Source of the DNA: an uncultured Clostridia bacterium
GTDB lineage: Bacteria > Bacillota > Clostridia > Christensenellales > DTU072
Length of the DNA stretch: 64,000 nt
Assembly (NCBI GenBank): GCA_944331875.1
Contig: CALVJA010000006.1
Span: forward strand, 1,822 to 65,821
Direction of reading: 5' to 3'
The position numbers were made by a program, and so were the translations under genes. The notes below the pieces were generated by a model. It was not told the DNA's origin. It worked only from the letters and a program-made list of their open reading frames with translations, and made no database searches. Below, one piece after another: positions 29,518 to 37,486 of this stretch. Within the stretch, counting starts at the first letter, position 1; the number at the start of each line of letters is the position of its first letter.

Positions 29518-30606
29518 TTATTTGTTTCTTTTATAAAACGGGAGCGGAGTAAGCTCGAGTTCTACCGTTTTTCCGCGTATTTCGGCAAATATCCTGCCGC
29601 CGTACGCTTTTTTAAGCCTAAGCATCGCTACAGCCGTGCCGAGCGTGGGGGACATCGTTCCCGACGTAACCTCGCCTATCGTTTCGCCCATCTCTCCGAT
29701 GAGTACCGAGCCCTCTCTCACGATACCGCGCCCCTTGACGAGCGCGCCGACCCGTATGTATTCGGGCGCGCGTTCGGTGAGCGCCGCTTTTCCTATGAAA
29801 TCCGCCTTGTCGTATTTTATCGCAAAATCGAGAGCCGCTTCGCTAGCCGGATATTCCGCCTTCAACTCGTGGCCGTAAAGCGGCATCGCCGCCTCGAGTC
29901 TCAACGTGTCCCTCGCCCCGAGCCCCGCGGGGATCGCCCCGTACTCCGCGCCGACGGACAAAACATTATCCCAAAGCCGTCCCGCGTTTTCGGGCGAAAC
30001 GAAAATTTCGAAACCGTCCTCCCCCGTGTATCCCGTGCGGGAAACGGCGAGGACGTCTACGCCGAGCACCTTTCCGCCCTCTACGAAAGTATAATATTTT
30101 CGGGGAAGCTCGGCGCCCGGCAAAATTTTCTCCGCCGCTTTTCCCTGGAGCGCCAGAAGCGCCACGGAATCGGAAATATCATTGATCTTAACCTCGCGGT
30201 ATCCGCTTTTTTCGGCGGCGCTCGCGATCCACTCGAAATCTTTTTCCCTGTTCGCGGCATTGACGACTATCATAAATTTATCGGCGCCCCTTTTGTACAC
30301 CAAAACGTCGTCCACCGTGCCGCCCGAAGGATAGAGCATCAGCGAATACCGAACTTTGCCCGCGGGCATATCCGAAAAACGGTTCGTCAAAAGATACTCC
30401 AAAAACGCTTCCGCGCCGCTTCCTTCGAGAGTGATCTCGCCCATATGCGACACGTCGAACAGCCCCGCTCTCTCACGCACCGCGCGGTGCTCCGCGATAA
30501 TGCCGTCCGAATAGCGAACGGGCAGCATATAGCCCGCAAAATCGACCATAACGCCGCCCGCCGAAATATGTTGTTCATATAAAGGGGTCTTCTTCATATC
30601 CGTCAC
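29518..30606 (-). CDS. gcvT: Aminomethyltransferase (glycine cleavage T protein)
   Basis: 362 aa containing GLFDVSHMGEI and TGYTGEDGFEI. Confidence 0.9.
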   Translation of the reverse strand: MTDMKKTPLYEQHISAGGVMVDFAGYMLPVRYSDGIIAEHRAVRERAGLFDVSHMGEITLEGSGAEAFLEYLLTNRFSDMPAGKVRYSLMLYPSGGTVDDVLVYKRGADKFMIVVNAANREKDFEWIASAAEKSGYREVKINDISDSVALLALQGKAAEKILPGAELPRKYYTFVEGGKVLGVDVLAVSRTGYTGEDGFEIFVSPENAGRLWDNVLSVGAEYGAIPAGLGARDTLRLEAAMPLYGHELKAEYPASEAALDFAIKYDKADFIGKAALTERAPEYIRVGALVKGRGIVREGSVLIGEMGETIGEVTSGTMSPTLGTAVAMLRLKKAYGGRIFAEIRGKTVELELTPLPFYKRNK

Positions 30607-30711
30607 CGCTCCATGGTTTGATTATACTCCTGTGACTATTCAAAGTAAAGAGTTTTTGCGGTGACATTCACCGCAAAACGTTAAAATTTCCGCTGAGCCG
30701 CCACAAAAAAA

Positions 30712-31797
30712 TCAAACGTTGAACCTGAATAGTACTACGTCTCCCTCCTTAAACACATAGTCCTTTCCTTCGCTGCGCACCTTGCCTTTTTCCTTGGCGG
30801 CGTTGAAGGAACCGCACTCTATCAATGTGTCGTAGTCCACGACCTCGGCGCGGATAAAGCCGCGTTCGAAATCGGAGTGTATCTTGCCCGCCGCCTGCGG
30901 CGCCTTTGTCCCGACGGGGATCGTCCATGCGCGCGTTTCCTTTTCGCCCGCGGTCAAAAAGCTCATCAGCCCCAATAGCTTATAGGAGCTTTTTATCAGC
31001 TTGTCGAGCCCCGAGGTCTCTATGCCGAGTTCTTCCATGAACATCGCCCTGTCATCTTCGCCCAGCTCCGCGAGCTCCGCTTCGATGCGCGCCGAAAGTT
31101 CTATCACTTCGCTTCCCTCCGCCTCGGCGAATCGCCTGACGGCGGGAACGTATTTGTCCGCTCCCAGCCTGTTCTCGGAAACGTTTGCTACATATATCAC
31201 TTTTTTGCCGCTCAGTAGGTACAGCGGATCGATATACGCGCGCTCCTCGTCGCTTAGCTCAATGCCCCTCAGCGCCTTCCCCTCCGCAAGCGCCGAATAC
31301 ACCTTTTGCAGCGCTTCCATCTCGGGAATATATTTTTTGTCGCCGCTTTTCATGGCGGTCTTTGTTTTGTCGATCTTGCGCGTTAAGGTATCCAGATCGG
31401 CAAGTATGAGCTCCGTATTTATCGTTTCTATATCCCTGACGGGATCGACGGATCCGTCGACGTGGGTGATGTCGGGGTCGTCGAAACATCTGACGACGTG
31501 TACGATGGCGTCCACTTCGCGGATGTGGGACAGAAACTTATTCCCCAGCCCCTCGCCGTGGCTTGCGCCCTTTACGAGCCCCGCGATGTCGACGAATTCG
31601 ACGGTGGCGTACACTATCTTTTTGCAGTTGTACAACGCGGCGAGTTTTACGAGCCGTTCGTCCTTGACGGCGACTACGCCGACATTGGGGTCTATCGTGC
31701 AAAACGGGTAATTGGCTACTTCCGCGCCCGCCGAAGTCAATGCGTTGAACAACGTGCTTTTTCCGACATTGGGAAGCCCTACGATCCCTAGTTTCAT
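30712..31797 (-). CDS. ychF: Redox-regulated ATPase YchF
   Basis: 361 aa. The N-terminus MKLGIVGLPNVGKSTLFNALT and a C-terminal TGS-like region are present. Confidence 0.9.
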   Translation of the reverse strand: MKLGIVGLPNVGKSTLFNALTSAGAEVANYPFCTIDPNVGVVAVKDERLVKLAALYNCKKIVYATVEFVDIAGLVKGASHGEGLGNKFLSHIREVDAIVHVVRCFDDPDITHVDGSVDPVRDIETINTELILADLDTLTRKIDKTKTAMKSGDKKYIPEMEALQKVYSALAEGKALRGIELSDEERAYIDPLYLLSGKKVIYVANVSENRLGADKYVPAVRRFAEAEGSEVIELSARIEAELAELGEDDRAMFMEELGIETSGLDKLIKSSYKLLGLMSFLTAGEKETRAWTIPVGTKAPQAAGKIHSDFERGFIRAEVVDYDTLIECGSFNAAKEKGKVRSEGKDYVFKEGDVVLFRFNV

Positions 31798-32414
31798 TTT
31801 TTATCCTCCGTTTCAGAGTAATATCTGCGTATTTTTATTTTCGCGGCGGCGAGAGCGTTGTCCACCGCCTTTGCGGTTATACCCTGGCGCGCGGCGATTT
31901 CGGCATAGCTGAATCCGTCCAGATACAACCTCAGCGCCTCATACTGTCTGTCGCTCAATATCCCGCGCATTTTATCCATGAAGCTGTCGTCCGTCTCTTC
32001 GCGTATGAAATTGGTGACGGGATCGGGATAGTACGCCCCGGGGACATGCCGCTCGTCCTCCTCGCCCTCGTAATTCAGCGGCACGCTCGTGCGGTTCACG
32101 GCGTTAGCGGTGCCGAGGTCTTTCCGGACGATGTCCTTCAGGTGATTCTGAACGCACACGGAGGCGTAAGTGGTGAACGAAGCGTTTTTCGCGGGAGAAT
32201 AGCTTTTAGCCGCGTTATAAAAGGCGATCATTGCCTCCTGTATCAGATCGCTCACGTCGCCGCCGCCCGCGATGTAGTACGAACGCGCTATGCGGTTTAT
32301 CATCATGCGGTGCCTGTTATACAGCGTTTCGAACCACTTGTCGTCCTCGGCCATCCTGCCGAGAGTTTCGAGGTCCTCCGCCTGCGTGTTTTTTTTGTCT
32401 TTTGTCTCAGCCAC
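31794..32414 (-). CDS. Sigma-70 family sigma factor, SigH-like
   Basis: 206 aa with region 2 (DLIQEAMIAFYNAAKSY) and a region 4 HTH. The context mrnC-rlmB-sigma matches the Bacillus yazC-yacO-sigH neighbourhood. Confidence 0.7.
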   Translation of the reverse strand: MAETKDKKNTQAEDLETLGRMAEDDKWFETLYNRHRMMINRIARSYYIAGGGDVSDLIQEAMIAFYNAAKSYSPAKNASFTTYASVCVQNHLKDIVRKDLGTANAVNRTSVPLNYEGEEDERHVPGAYYPDPVTNFIREETDDSFMDKMRGILSDRQYEALRLYLDGFSYAEIAARQGITAKAVDNALAAAKIKIRRYYSETEDKK

Positions 32415-32415
32415 T

Positions 32416-33144
32416 TTATCCCCCCGTGCGCTGTCTGAGAGCCTCGTACGCCACGACCGCCGCCGCGACGGAGGCGTTCAGTGAATTGATCCTGCCGAAC
32501 TGCGGTATCCCTATCACTCCGTCCGCAAGGCGCATCGAGAGCTTGTGCACGCCGCCCCCTTCGCCGCCTATTATGAACGCGACGTCGCCGGTCATGTCCG
32601 CGTCGTACATTTTTTCGCCGCCAGCGTCCAGAGCGTATACCTTGACGCCCTCGTCCTTCAGGTAACGTATCGCGTCGTTTATATTGGTGACCTTTATGAC
32701 CTTTACGTATTGCACCGCGCCCGCCGATGTCTTCGACACGACGTCCGTAACGCCCGCGCCGCGGTGTTTGGGTATGACTACCGCAGTGACACCCGCGCAG
32801 TCCGCCACCCTTATCACGGCGCCGAGGTTATGCGGGTCTTCTACGCCGTCCAAAATGAGTATGAACAGCTCCTTCCCCTCGGCGCGCGTCTCGGCGACGG
32901 TCTCCTCGAGGTCGAAATATTTATACTCCGAAGTCACCGCGATGACTCCCTGATGCGCCGCGCCGCCCGCGTTTTTATCGAGCCACGCCTTGTCCACGAA
33001 CAGCGTTTTTACGCCGCGCGAGCGCGCTTTTTTCAATATCTTCGCGATATGCTCGGACCTTAGATCCTTCATCACGCAGAGCTTTTCGATGTTCGCTCCC
33101 GATTCCAGCGCTTCCGTTACCGCGTTTTTCCCTATTTGAAGCAT
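32416..33144 (-). CDS. rlmB: 23S rRNA (guanosine-2'-O)-methyltransferase RlmB (SpoU/TrmH family)
   Basis: 242 aa. It shows the SpoU substrate-binding N-terminus and methylase motifs (DPHNLGAVIRVADCAG, IGGEGGG, SLNASVAAAV). Confidence 0.85.
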   Translation of the reverse strand: MLQIGKNAVTEALESGANIEKLCVMKDLRSEHIAKILKKARSRGVKTLFVDKAWLDKNAGGAAHQGVIAVTSEYKYFDLEETVAETRAEGKELFILILDGVEDPHNLGAVIRVADCAGVTAVVIPKHRGAGVTDVVSKTSAGAVQYVKVIKVTNINDAIRYLKDEGVKVYALDAGGEKMYDADMTGDVAFIIGGEGGGVHKLSMRLADGVIGIPQFGRINSLNASVAAAVVAYEALRQRTGG

Positions 33145-33168
33145 GTTCCTCCCGTGTCCCGACGGACT

Positions 33169-33597
33169 CTACTTGTCCTCCGGCGCGTATGCCGCGTCCA
33201 GAAGCTCCTCCAGCCGTTCCGTTTTCCCCGCCAGATACAGATAGCCTATAAGCCCCTCCAGCCCGGTGGCGACTATGTAATCGTTGACGTCTATGCGCCT
33301 CGACGAAAACGTGTGCGTGTTCCGGGAACGCTTATATATGCGCGTTTCCTCCTCGGTCAGCATAGATTCTATGTGCCTGAACGCCTTCGCCTGCGCGCCG
33401 GCGGAGACTTCGCGTATCTGCGCGCGGTGCATCGCGCCGCTTTTCGTCCCCATGGTGACGGCGAGCTTCGTCCTGACAAAGAGCGTTTGCACCGCGTCGC
33501 CCACAAACGCCAAAACGCCGGCGTCCATTGCTTCCGCCTCTTTCGGCGTGAGCGGTTTTTTCAGCCGCGGCATTATAAGATCGGTATCCATATTCAA
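33169..33597 (-). CDS. mrnC: Mini-ribonuclease III
   Basis: 142 aa with the RNase III-like signature LAFVGDAV and a downstream ATGLEGLIGYLYL segment. Confidence 0.8.
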   Translation of the reverse strand: MNMDTDLIMPRLKKPLTPKEAEAMDAGVLAFVGDAVQTLFVRTKLAVTMGTKSGAMHRAQIREVSAGAQAKAFRHIESMLTEEETRIYKRSRNTHTFSSRRIDVNDYIVATGLEGLIGYLYLAGKTERLEELLDAAYAPEDK

Positions 33598-33698
33598 AGT
33601 ATACCACCCGCCGTCGTTTATTGCAACCTTTTACCGTCCGGCGCCGGGGATCCGGATACCGGGTCCCGCGACGAATTTTAAGTTTATCGGATAAAACG

Positions 33699-33728
33699 TT
33701 GCTTTTTGTCCTGCGCGCGTATTATAAT
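33699..33728 (+). promoter_or_regulatory. Candidate promoter for nfnAB
   Basis: TTGCTT (33699-33704), 18-nt spacer, TATAAT (33723-33728). Confidence 0.4.
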
Positions 33729-33790
33729 TTAGGAACATTCAAAACATACAAGGTTGCGCCGCACTTCGTGCGGTCTCGTTCGGAGGACAA

Positions 33791-34615
33791 ATGTATCGGA
33801 TCGTTTCAAAAAAACGTCTTGCCGCAAACGTAAACGAATATGTGATAGAAGCGCCTCTCGCCGCCGGAAAGGCGCGTCCGGGGCAGTTCATAATTTTAAG
33901 GGTCGACTCCGAGGGCGAACGCGTACCGTTCACCATTGCGGATTACGACTCGGAGGCGGGAACCGTCACTCTGTTGGTCCAGACAGTGGGCGCCACTACG
34001 GAACTATTGTCAAGGCTAGGTGCGGGCGACTCTGTCGCCGACCTTGTGGGTCCTCTCGGGAACCCGACAGACCTCTTAAAGTACGGAAAAGTACTGCTTG
34101 TAGGCGGCGGTATCGGCGGCGCGGTCATCCATCCGCAGGCGAAGCTTTTGTATTCCGCAGGCAAAGCCCCCGACGTCGTTCTCGGCGCCAGGACGAAAGA
34201 ACTGCTGTTTTACATGGACGAGATGCGCCGTTATTCCGATACTCTCTATCCGATGACCGACGACGGCTCCTACGGCGACAAGGGTTTCGTCACTAACAAA
34301 GTAGCCGAACTGATATCCGAGAAAAAATACGACGCCGTGCTCGCCGTGGGCCCCATGCCGATGATGCAGGCGGTCGCCGAAGTCACCAGGCCTTCGGGAC
34401 TGAAAACCATCGTTTCCATGAATTCGGTCATGGTCGACGGCACGGGGATGTGCGGCTGCTGCCGCGTTACCGTAGGCGGCGAAAGGAAATACGCATGCGT
34501 GGACGGGCCGGAGTTCGACGGGCATCTGGTCGATTTCGCCGAAGCGCGCGCCCGCGCCGGATTTTACCGCGAGCAGGAAAAAGAGCATTACTGCCGCATA
34601 AGAGGAGAAATGTAA
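33791..34615 (+). CDS. nfnA: NfnA-like FAD/NAD-binding [2Fe-2S] subunit (sulfide dehydrogenase / PyrK-like)
   Basis: 274 aa with C-terminal GMCGCCRVTVGGERKYACVDGPEF. It is paired with a GltD-like gene 1 nt downstream. Confidence 0.8.
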   Translation: MYRIVSKKRLAANVNEYVIEAPLAAGKARPGQFIILRVDSEGERVPFTIADYDSEAGTVTLLVQTVGATTELLSRLGAGDSVADLVGPLGNPTDLLKYGKVLLVGGGIGGAVIHPQAKLLYSAGKAPDVVLGARTKELLFYMDEMRRYSDTLYPMTDDGSYGDKGFVTNKVAELISEKKYDAVLAVGPMPMMQAVAEVTRPSGLKTIVSMNSVMVDGTGMCGCCRVTVGGERKYACVDGPEFDGHLVDFAEARARAGFYREQEKEHYCRIRGEM

Positions 34616-34616
34616 A

Positions 34617-35978
34617 ATGGCTGTCACCCCCCGTAACACACCCCCGTTCGGCGACCCCGAAACCCGAAGAAGGAATTTCGAAGAGGTAAACCGCGGCTTT
34701 GACGCGGAGACCGCCGTTCGGGAGGCGTCGCGCTGTCTGCAGTGCAAAAATCCGATGTGCCGCGCGGGCTGCCCCGTCGGAGTCGATATACCCGCATTCA
34801 TTCGCGAGATCAAAAACCGCAACTTCGAGGCGGCGCGTGACGTCATTGTCCGCGACAACAATCTCCCGTCCGTATGCGGCAGAGTCTGCCCGCAGGAAAC
34901 GCAGTGCGAGGCAAAATGCGTTCTTAGCAAGTTCGGCGCCGTCGCTATCGGCGCTTTGGAGCGCTTCGCAGGCGATTTTATCCCGGGCGGCAAAGCGGTA
35001 AAGACGACCGCTTTCAATGGGAAAAGCGTTGCTATAGTGGGCTCGGGCCCCGCGGGGCTAAGCGCCGCGGCGGATCTTTTGAAATACGGTTTTTCCGTTA
35101 CCATCTACGAAGCGTTTCATCTCCCCGGCGGAGTTTTGAGCTACGGTATCCCCGAATTCAGGCTCCCGAAACGGATAGTTTCTGCGGAGATAGCGTCTTT
35201 GAAAAAGATGGGCGCGGAGATAGTCACGAACGTTGTGATAGGGAAAAGCCTTACGCTTCAAGACCTTACCGAAGAATACGATTTCGTGTTCCTCGCAACA
35301 GGCGCGGGCTTGCCGAGTTTCATGGATATCCCCGGCGAAGGGTTGAACGGCGTTTCGAGCGCGAACGAGTTTTTGACCCGCGTCAACCTGATGAAGGCAA
35401 TGGACCCCGATTCCGTTACCCCCGTACAGCGCGGCAAAAACGTAGTCGTCGTGGGCGCGGGAAACGTCGCGATGGACGCGGCGCGCACCGCAATGCGGCT
35501 GGGCGCGGATACGGTCACCGTCGTATACCGCCGCTCCCGTGCCGAAATGCCCGCGCGTAAAGAGGAGATAGAACACGCCGAGGAAGAAGGCATACGCTTC
35601 GAGCTTCTGACCTCTCCCGTCGCCGTTTTGGGCAAGACGGAAGTCGAAGGGCTAAAGCTTATCAGAATGCGTCTCGGCGAACCCGACGAGCGCGGCCGCC
35701 GCCGTCCGATATCGGTGGAAGGAAGCGAATTCGAGATAACTTGCGACCAAGTCATAATGGCGCTCGGCACCTCCCCGAACCCTATACTGAAGCGCTCCGC
35801 TCCCGAGCTCGAAACGGACGCGCGCGGCGTCATCAAAGTGGACGAGAACGGCGCGACTAACATACCGCGGGTCTATGCCGGCGGCGACGCGGCTACCGGC
35901 GCGGCGACGGTGATACTCGCAATGGCAGCGGGGAAGCGCGCCGCTAGGTCGATTGATCTCTTTGCCGAAAAGATGTAA
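34617..35978 (+). CDS. nfnB: NfnB-like NADPH-dependent glutamate-synthase small-chain homologue
   Basis: 453 aa with CLQCKNPMCRAGCPV, VCGRVCPQETQCE and GSGPAGLSAAADL. The last 9 codons (IDLFAEKM*) are encoded by the left TIR region of repeat T1. Confidence 0.8.
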   Translation: MAVTPRNTPPFGDPETRRRNFEEVNRGFDAETAVREASRCLQCKNPMCRAGCPVGVDIPAFIREIKNRNFEAARDVIVRDNNLPSVCGRVCPQETQCEAKCVLSKFGAVAIGALERFAGDFIPGGKAVKTTAFNGKSVAIVGSGPAGLSAAADLLKYGFSVTIYEAFHLPGGVLSYGIPEFRLPKRIVSAEIASLKKMGAEIVTNVVIGKSLTLQDLTEEYDFVFLATGAGLPSFMDIPGEGLNGVSSANEFLTRVNLMKAMDPDSVTPVQRGKNVVVVGAGNVAMDAARTAMRLGADTVTVVYRRSRAEMPARKEEIEHAEEEGIRFELLTSPVAVLGKTEVEGLKLIRMRLGEPDERGRRRPISVEGSEFEITCDQVIMALGTSPNPILKRSAPELETDARGVIKVDENGATNIPRVYAGGDAATGAATVILAMAAGKRAARSIDLFAEKM

Positions 35979-36085
35979 ATTAATTGCTTTTTAAGGAACT
36001 TATAAGCAATGTAATGAAAAAGGGTTCATTCGTTTGAATGAACTTTTTTTCATAAGGTGGGATCGAATTCGTCAAAGAGATCAAT
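35952..36085 (+). mobile_element. T element copy T1 (MITE-like, terminator-carrying)
   Basis: TIRs are ATTGATCTCTTTGCCGAAA (35952-35970) and an imperfect right TIR (cGTCAAAGAGATCAAT) ending at 36085. HP1 is 35983-36010. The terminator hairpin GTTCATTC gttt GAATGAAC + T7 is at 36022-36050. The element overlaps the nfnB stop. Confidence 0.6.
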
Positions 36086-36271
36086 CACCGTCATCTTGCC
36101 GCATCTTTGCGGCTCTTTTCCGCAAAAGTAAACCCTCTGTTTGGGACCCAAACAGAGGCGCGGACGGGATATAGCCCGCTATTATCCCGCCCGCGTTTCG
36201 CGCAAAATAGCTCGCAAATCTACGACAATCTGCCGCCGAGTATGCTGTTCGTGGCGACAAAATACACATCA
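36086..36271 (-). repeat. S element copy S-a
   Basis: Its CACCG... end abuts T1. The P2 hairpin CCTCTGTTTGGG a CCCAAACAGAGG is at 36134-36158, and the element ends with GGCGACAAAATACAC. Confidence 0.7.
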
Positions 36272-36406
36272 ATTGATCTCTTTGCCGATAATATGTAATT
36301 GAATTGCTTTGTAAGGAGCTTACAAGCAAAGTAATGGAAAAGAGTGCATTCGTCCGAATGCGCTTTTTTTCATAAGGATAATGATTATTTCGGCAAAGAG
36401 ATCAAT
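36272..36406 (+). mobile_element. T element copy T2
   Basis: TIRs are at 36272-36290 and 36388-36406. The terminator hairpin GCATTCG tc CGAATGC + T7 is at 36344-36370. This is the only copy not adjacent to a gene end. Confidence 0.6.
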
Positions 36407-36806
36407 ACCACCGCTTTACCGCGTCTTTCGGGCTTTTGATACCGATTCAAACAAGTGCTCATATGGTTTTGAGGGGCAGATACGCCCAAATTCTACGCGC
36501 TGACCCACTAGCACGTACCGCTGCGGGTACGAGCGTCGGGGACATCGCTTGCCTTTGAACGTATCTGCCTCCTCAAAACTGCTACGCACTTCGGGAGGAA
36601 TGAAAGTCATTGCTCCCGAAGCATATTCGACTTGTTCTCATCGGTATTGACTTCCTAATATGCTTTTATTTTGGGGCGGCTCGGTCGAGTATGTTCATAC
36701 ACTACCCTCGCCGTTTCCCTCAAAATATCTCCGAAATCCACGGCAAATCGGTGCTATACACCTCATTCGAAAAAAACACTAGTACAAAGGAACTGCTGTT
36801 CACGGC
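36407..36806 (-). repeat. S element copy S-b, interrupted by element X
   Basis: It starts ACCACCGCTTTACCGCGTCTTTCGGGC. The P2 hairpin position is occupied by the 207-bp insert at 36440-36646. Homology resumes at GGGGCGGCTCGGTCGAGTATG. Confidence 0.6.
36440..36646. mobile_element. Element X: 207-bp highly structured insert with imperfect 25-bp terminal inverted repeats flanked by TTGA on both sides
   Basis: The ends are TACCGATtcaAACAAGTgctcATATG and CATATtcgACTTGTTctcATCGGTA. Internal stems are TTTTGAGGGGCAGATACG / CGTATCTGCCTCCTCAAAA and CTTCGGGAG / CTCCCGAAG. This is the only copy in the window. Confidence 0.45.
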
Positions 36807-36885
36807 TGAAGCAAATCGGCGCTATGCACGCTCTACATGGCGATAAAATACATAGTGAACTGTATTTTTCTTTCGTAGACTGCAC
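36807..36885 (-). repeat. S element fragment S-c
   Basis: GCAAATCGGCGCTATGCAC...GGCGATAAAATACATAGTGAACTGTA matches the 5' block of the S element in reverse orientation. Confidence 0.5.
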
Positions 36886-36891
36886 ACAAAA

Positions 36892-37131
36892 CCATGAACA
36901 GCAGTCCGCTTTTATTAGTGTTTTCCCTTACATATGTGTTTGGCACCGATTTGCAGACTATTTTAGCGCATTCGCGCCAGGTTTGCGTTCGCAAACTAGT
37001 GTCGTATCGCACGAAACGCAGGCGGCGCTATAGCGGGACTATGCGCCGTCCGCGCCCCGTTTTGGTCTCCAAAACGAGGTGATATTAAAGGCTTTAAGTA
37101 ATTTCGTGCGATACGGCGGGGGAAAAGACCC
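36892..37131 (+). repeat. S' variant copy S'-d
   Basis: It is the reverse complement of 48332-48547, apart from a ~30-nt insert at about 36988-37000 containing the palindrome TTTGCGAACGCAAA. P1 is GTATCGCACGAAA (37004-37016) / TTTCGTGCGATAC (37102-37114). Confidence 0.7.
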
Positions 37132-37350
37132 GTATATGTGTTTGCCCTTAAAGGAGACTACAGTCCACTGTGTATTTTGTCGCCGTGGTAAGCATACTTG
37201 GCGCCGATTTGCCGTGGATTTCGGAGCTATTTTGCGGGAAACGGCGAGGGAAGTGTATAGCATACTCGACCGAGCCGCCCCTGTTTGGTCTCCAAACAGG
37301 GGTCGGAGATTTCACGCAAAAGAGCCCGAAAGATGCGGTAAAGCGGTGGT
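37132..37350 (+). repeat. S element copy S-e
   Basis: The sequence runs GTATTTTGTCGCC...GCCGATTTGCCGTGGATTTCGGAGC...CCCCTGTTTGG tct CCAAACAGGGG...AAGCGGTGGT and abuts T3. Confidence 0.7.
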
Positions 37351-37486
37351 ATTGATTTCTTTGCCGAAAATCATTTAACCTTATGAAAAAAAGGCACATT
37401 CGGTCGAATGCACCATTTTTCGTTTCATTGCTTATAAGTTCCTTTCAAAGCAATTAAATTATCTTCTTTTCGGCAAAGAAATCAAT
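37351..37486 (-). mobile_element. T element copy T3
   Basis: TIRs are at 37351-37369 and 37468-37486. On the minus strand GGTGCATTCG ac CGAATGTGCC + T-run (37386-37414) acts as a terminator. The element abuts the permease stop codon at 37487. Confidence 0.6.

Noticed and set aside
30607-30711. Expected a glycine riboswitch upstream of gcvT. A hairpin GCGGTGA cat TCACCGC lies at 30658-30674.
   Set aside because: The 105-nt gap is too short for a tandem glycine aptamer. It also lacks the conserved GGAGAG...CACCG...GGGCAA-type cores. The hairpin has A/T-runs on the wrong sides for a canonical terminator.
36440-36646. Element X as a known housekeeping RNA (6S, SRP, tmRNA, RNase P) or a small self-cleaving ribozyme.
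   Set aside because: I found no tmRNA tag or acceptor end, no SRP GGAA/AGCA domain IV motif, no 6S-type single long bubble hairpin, and no hammerhead CUGAUGA...GAAA core. It remains unassigned rather than identified.
36081-37399. Short ORFs (60-120 aa) inside the islands that recur with similar peptides, such as HRFTASFGLF...NSSEIHGKS. Other examples are 44051-44302, 48186-48434 and 49193-49420.
   Set aside because: The similarity is explained by nucleotide repeats. The ORFs run through perfect hairpins and terminators. They lack RBSs, the copies are not kept in a consistent frame, and several copies are interrupted by stops.
35979-37486. Possible CRISPR array or integron cassette array in the repeat islands (also 42598-44383, 48190-49539, 61937-62929).
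   Set aside because: The repeats are long (100-270 bp), occur in both orientations and are not separated by uniform unique spacers. There are no cas or intI genes, and no attC-type R'/R'' boxes (GTTRRRY) were seen.
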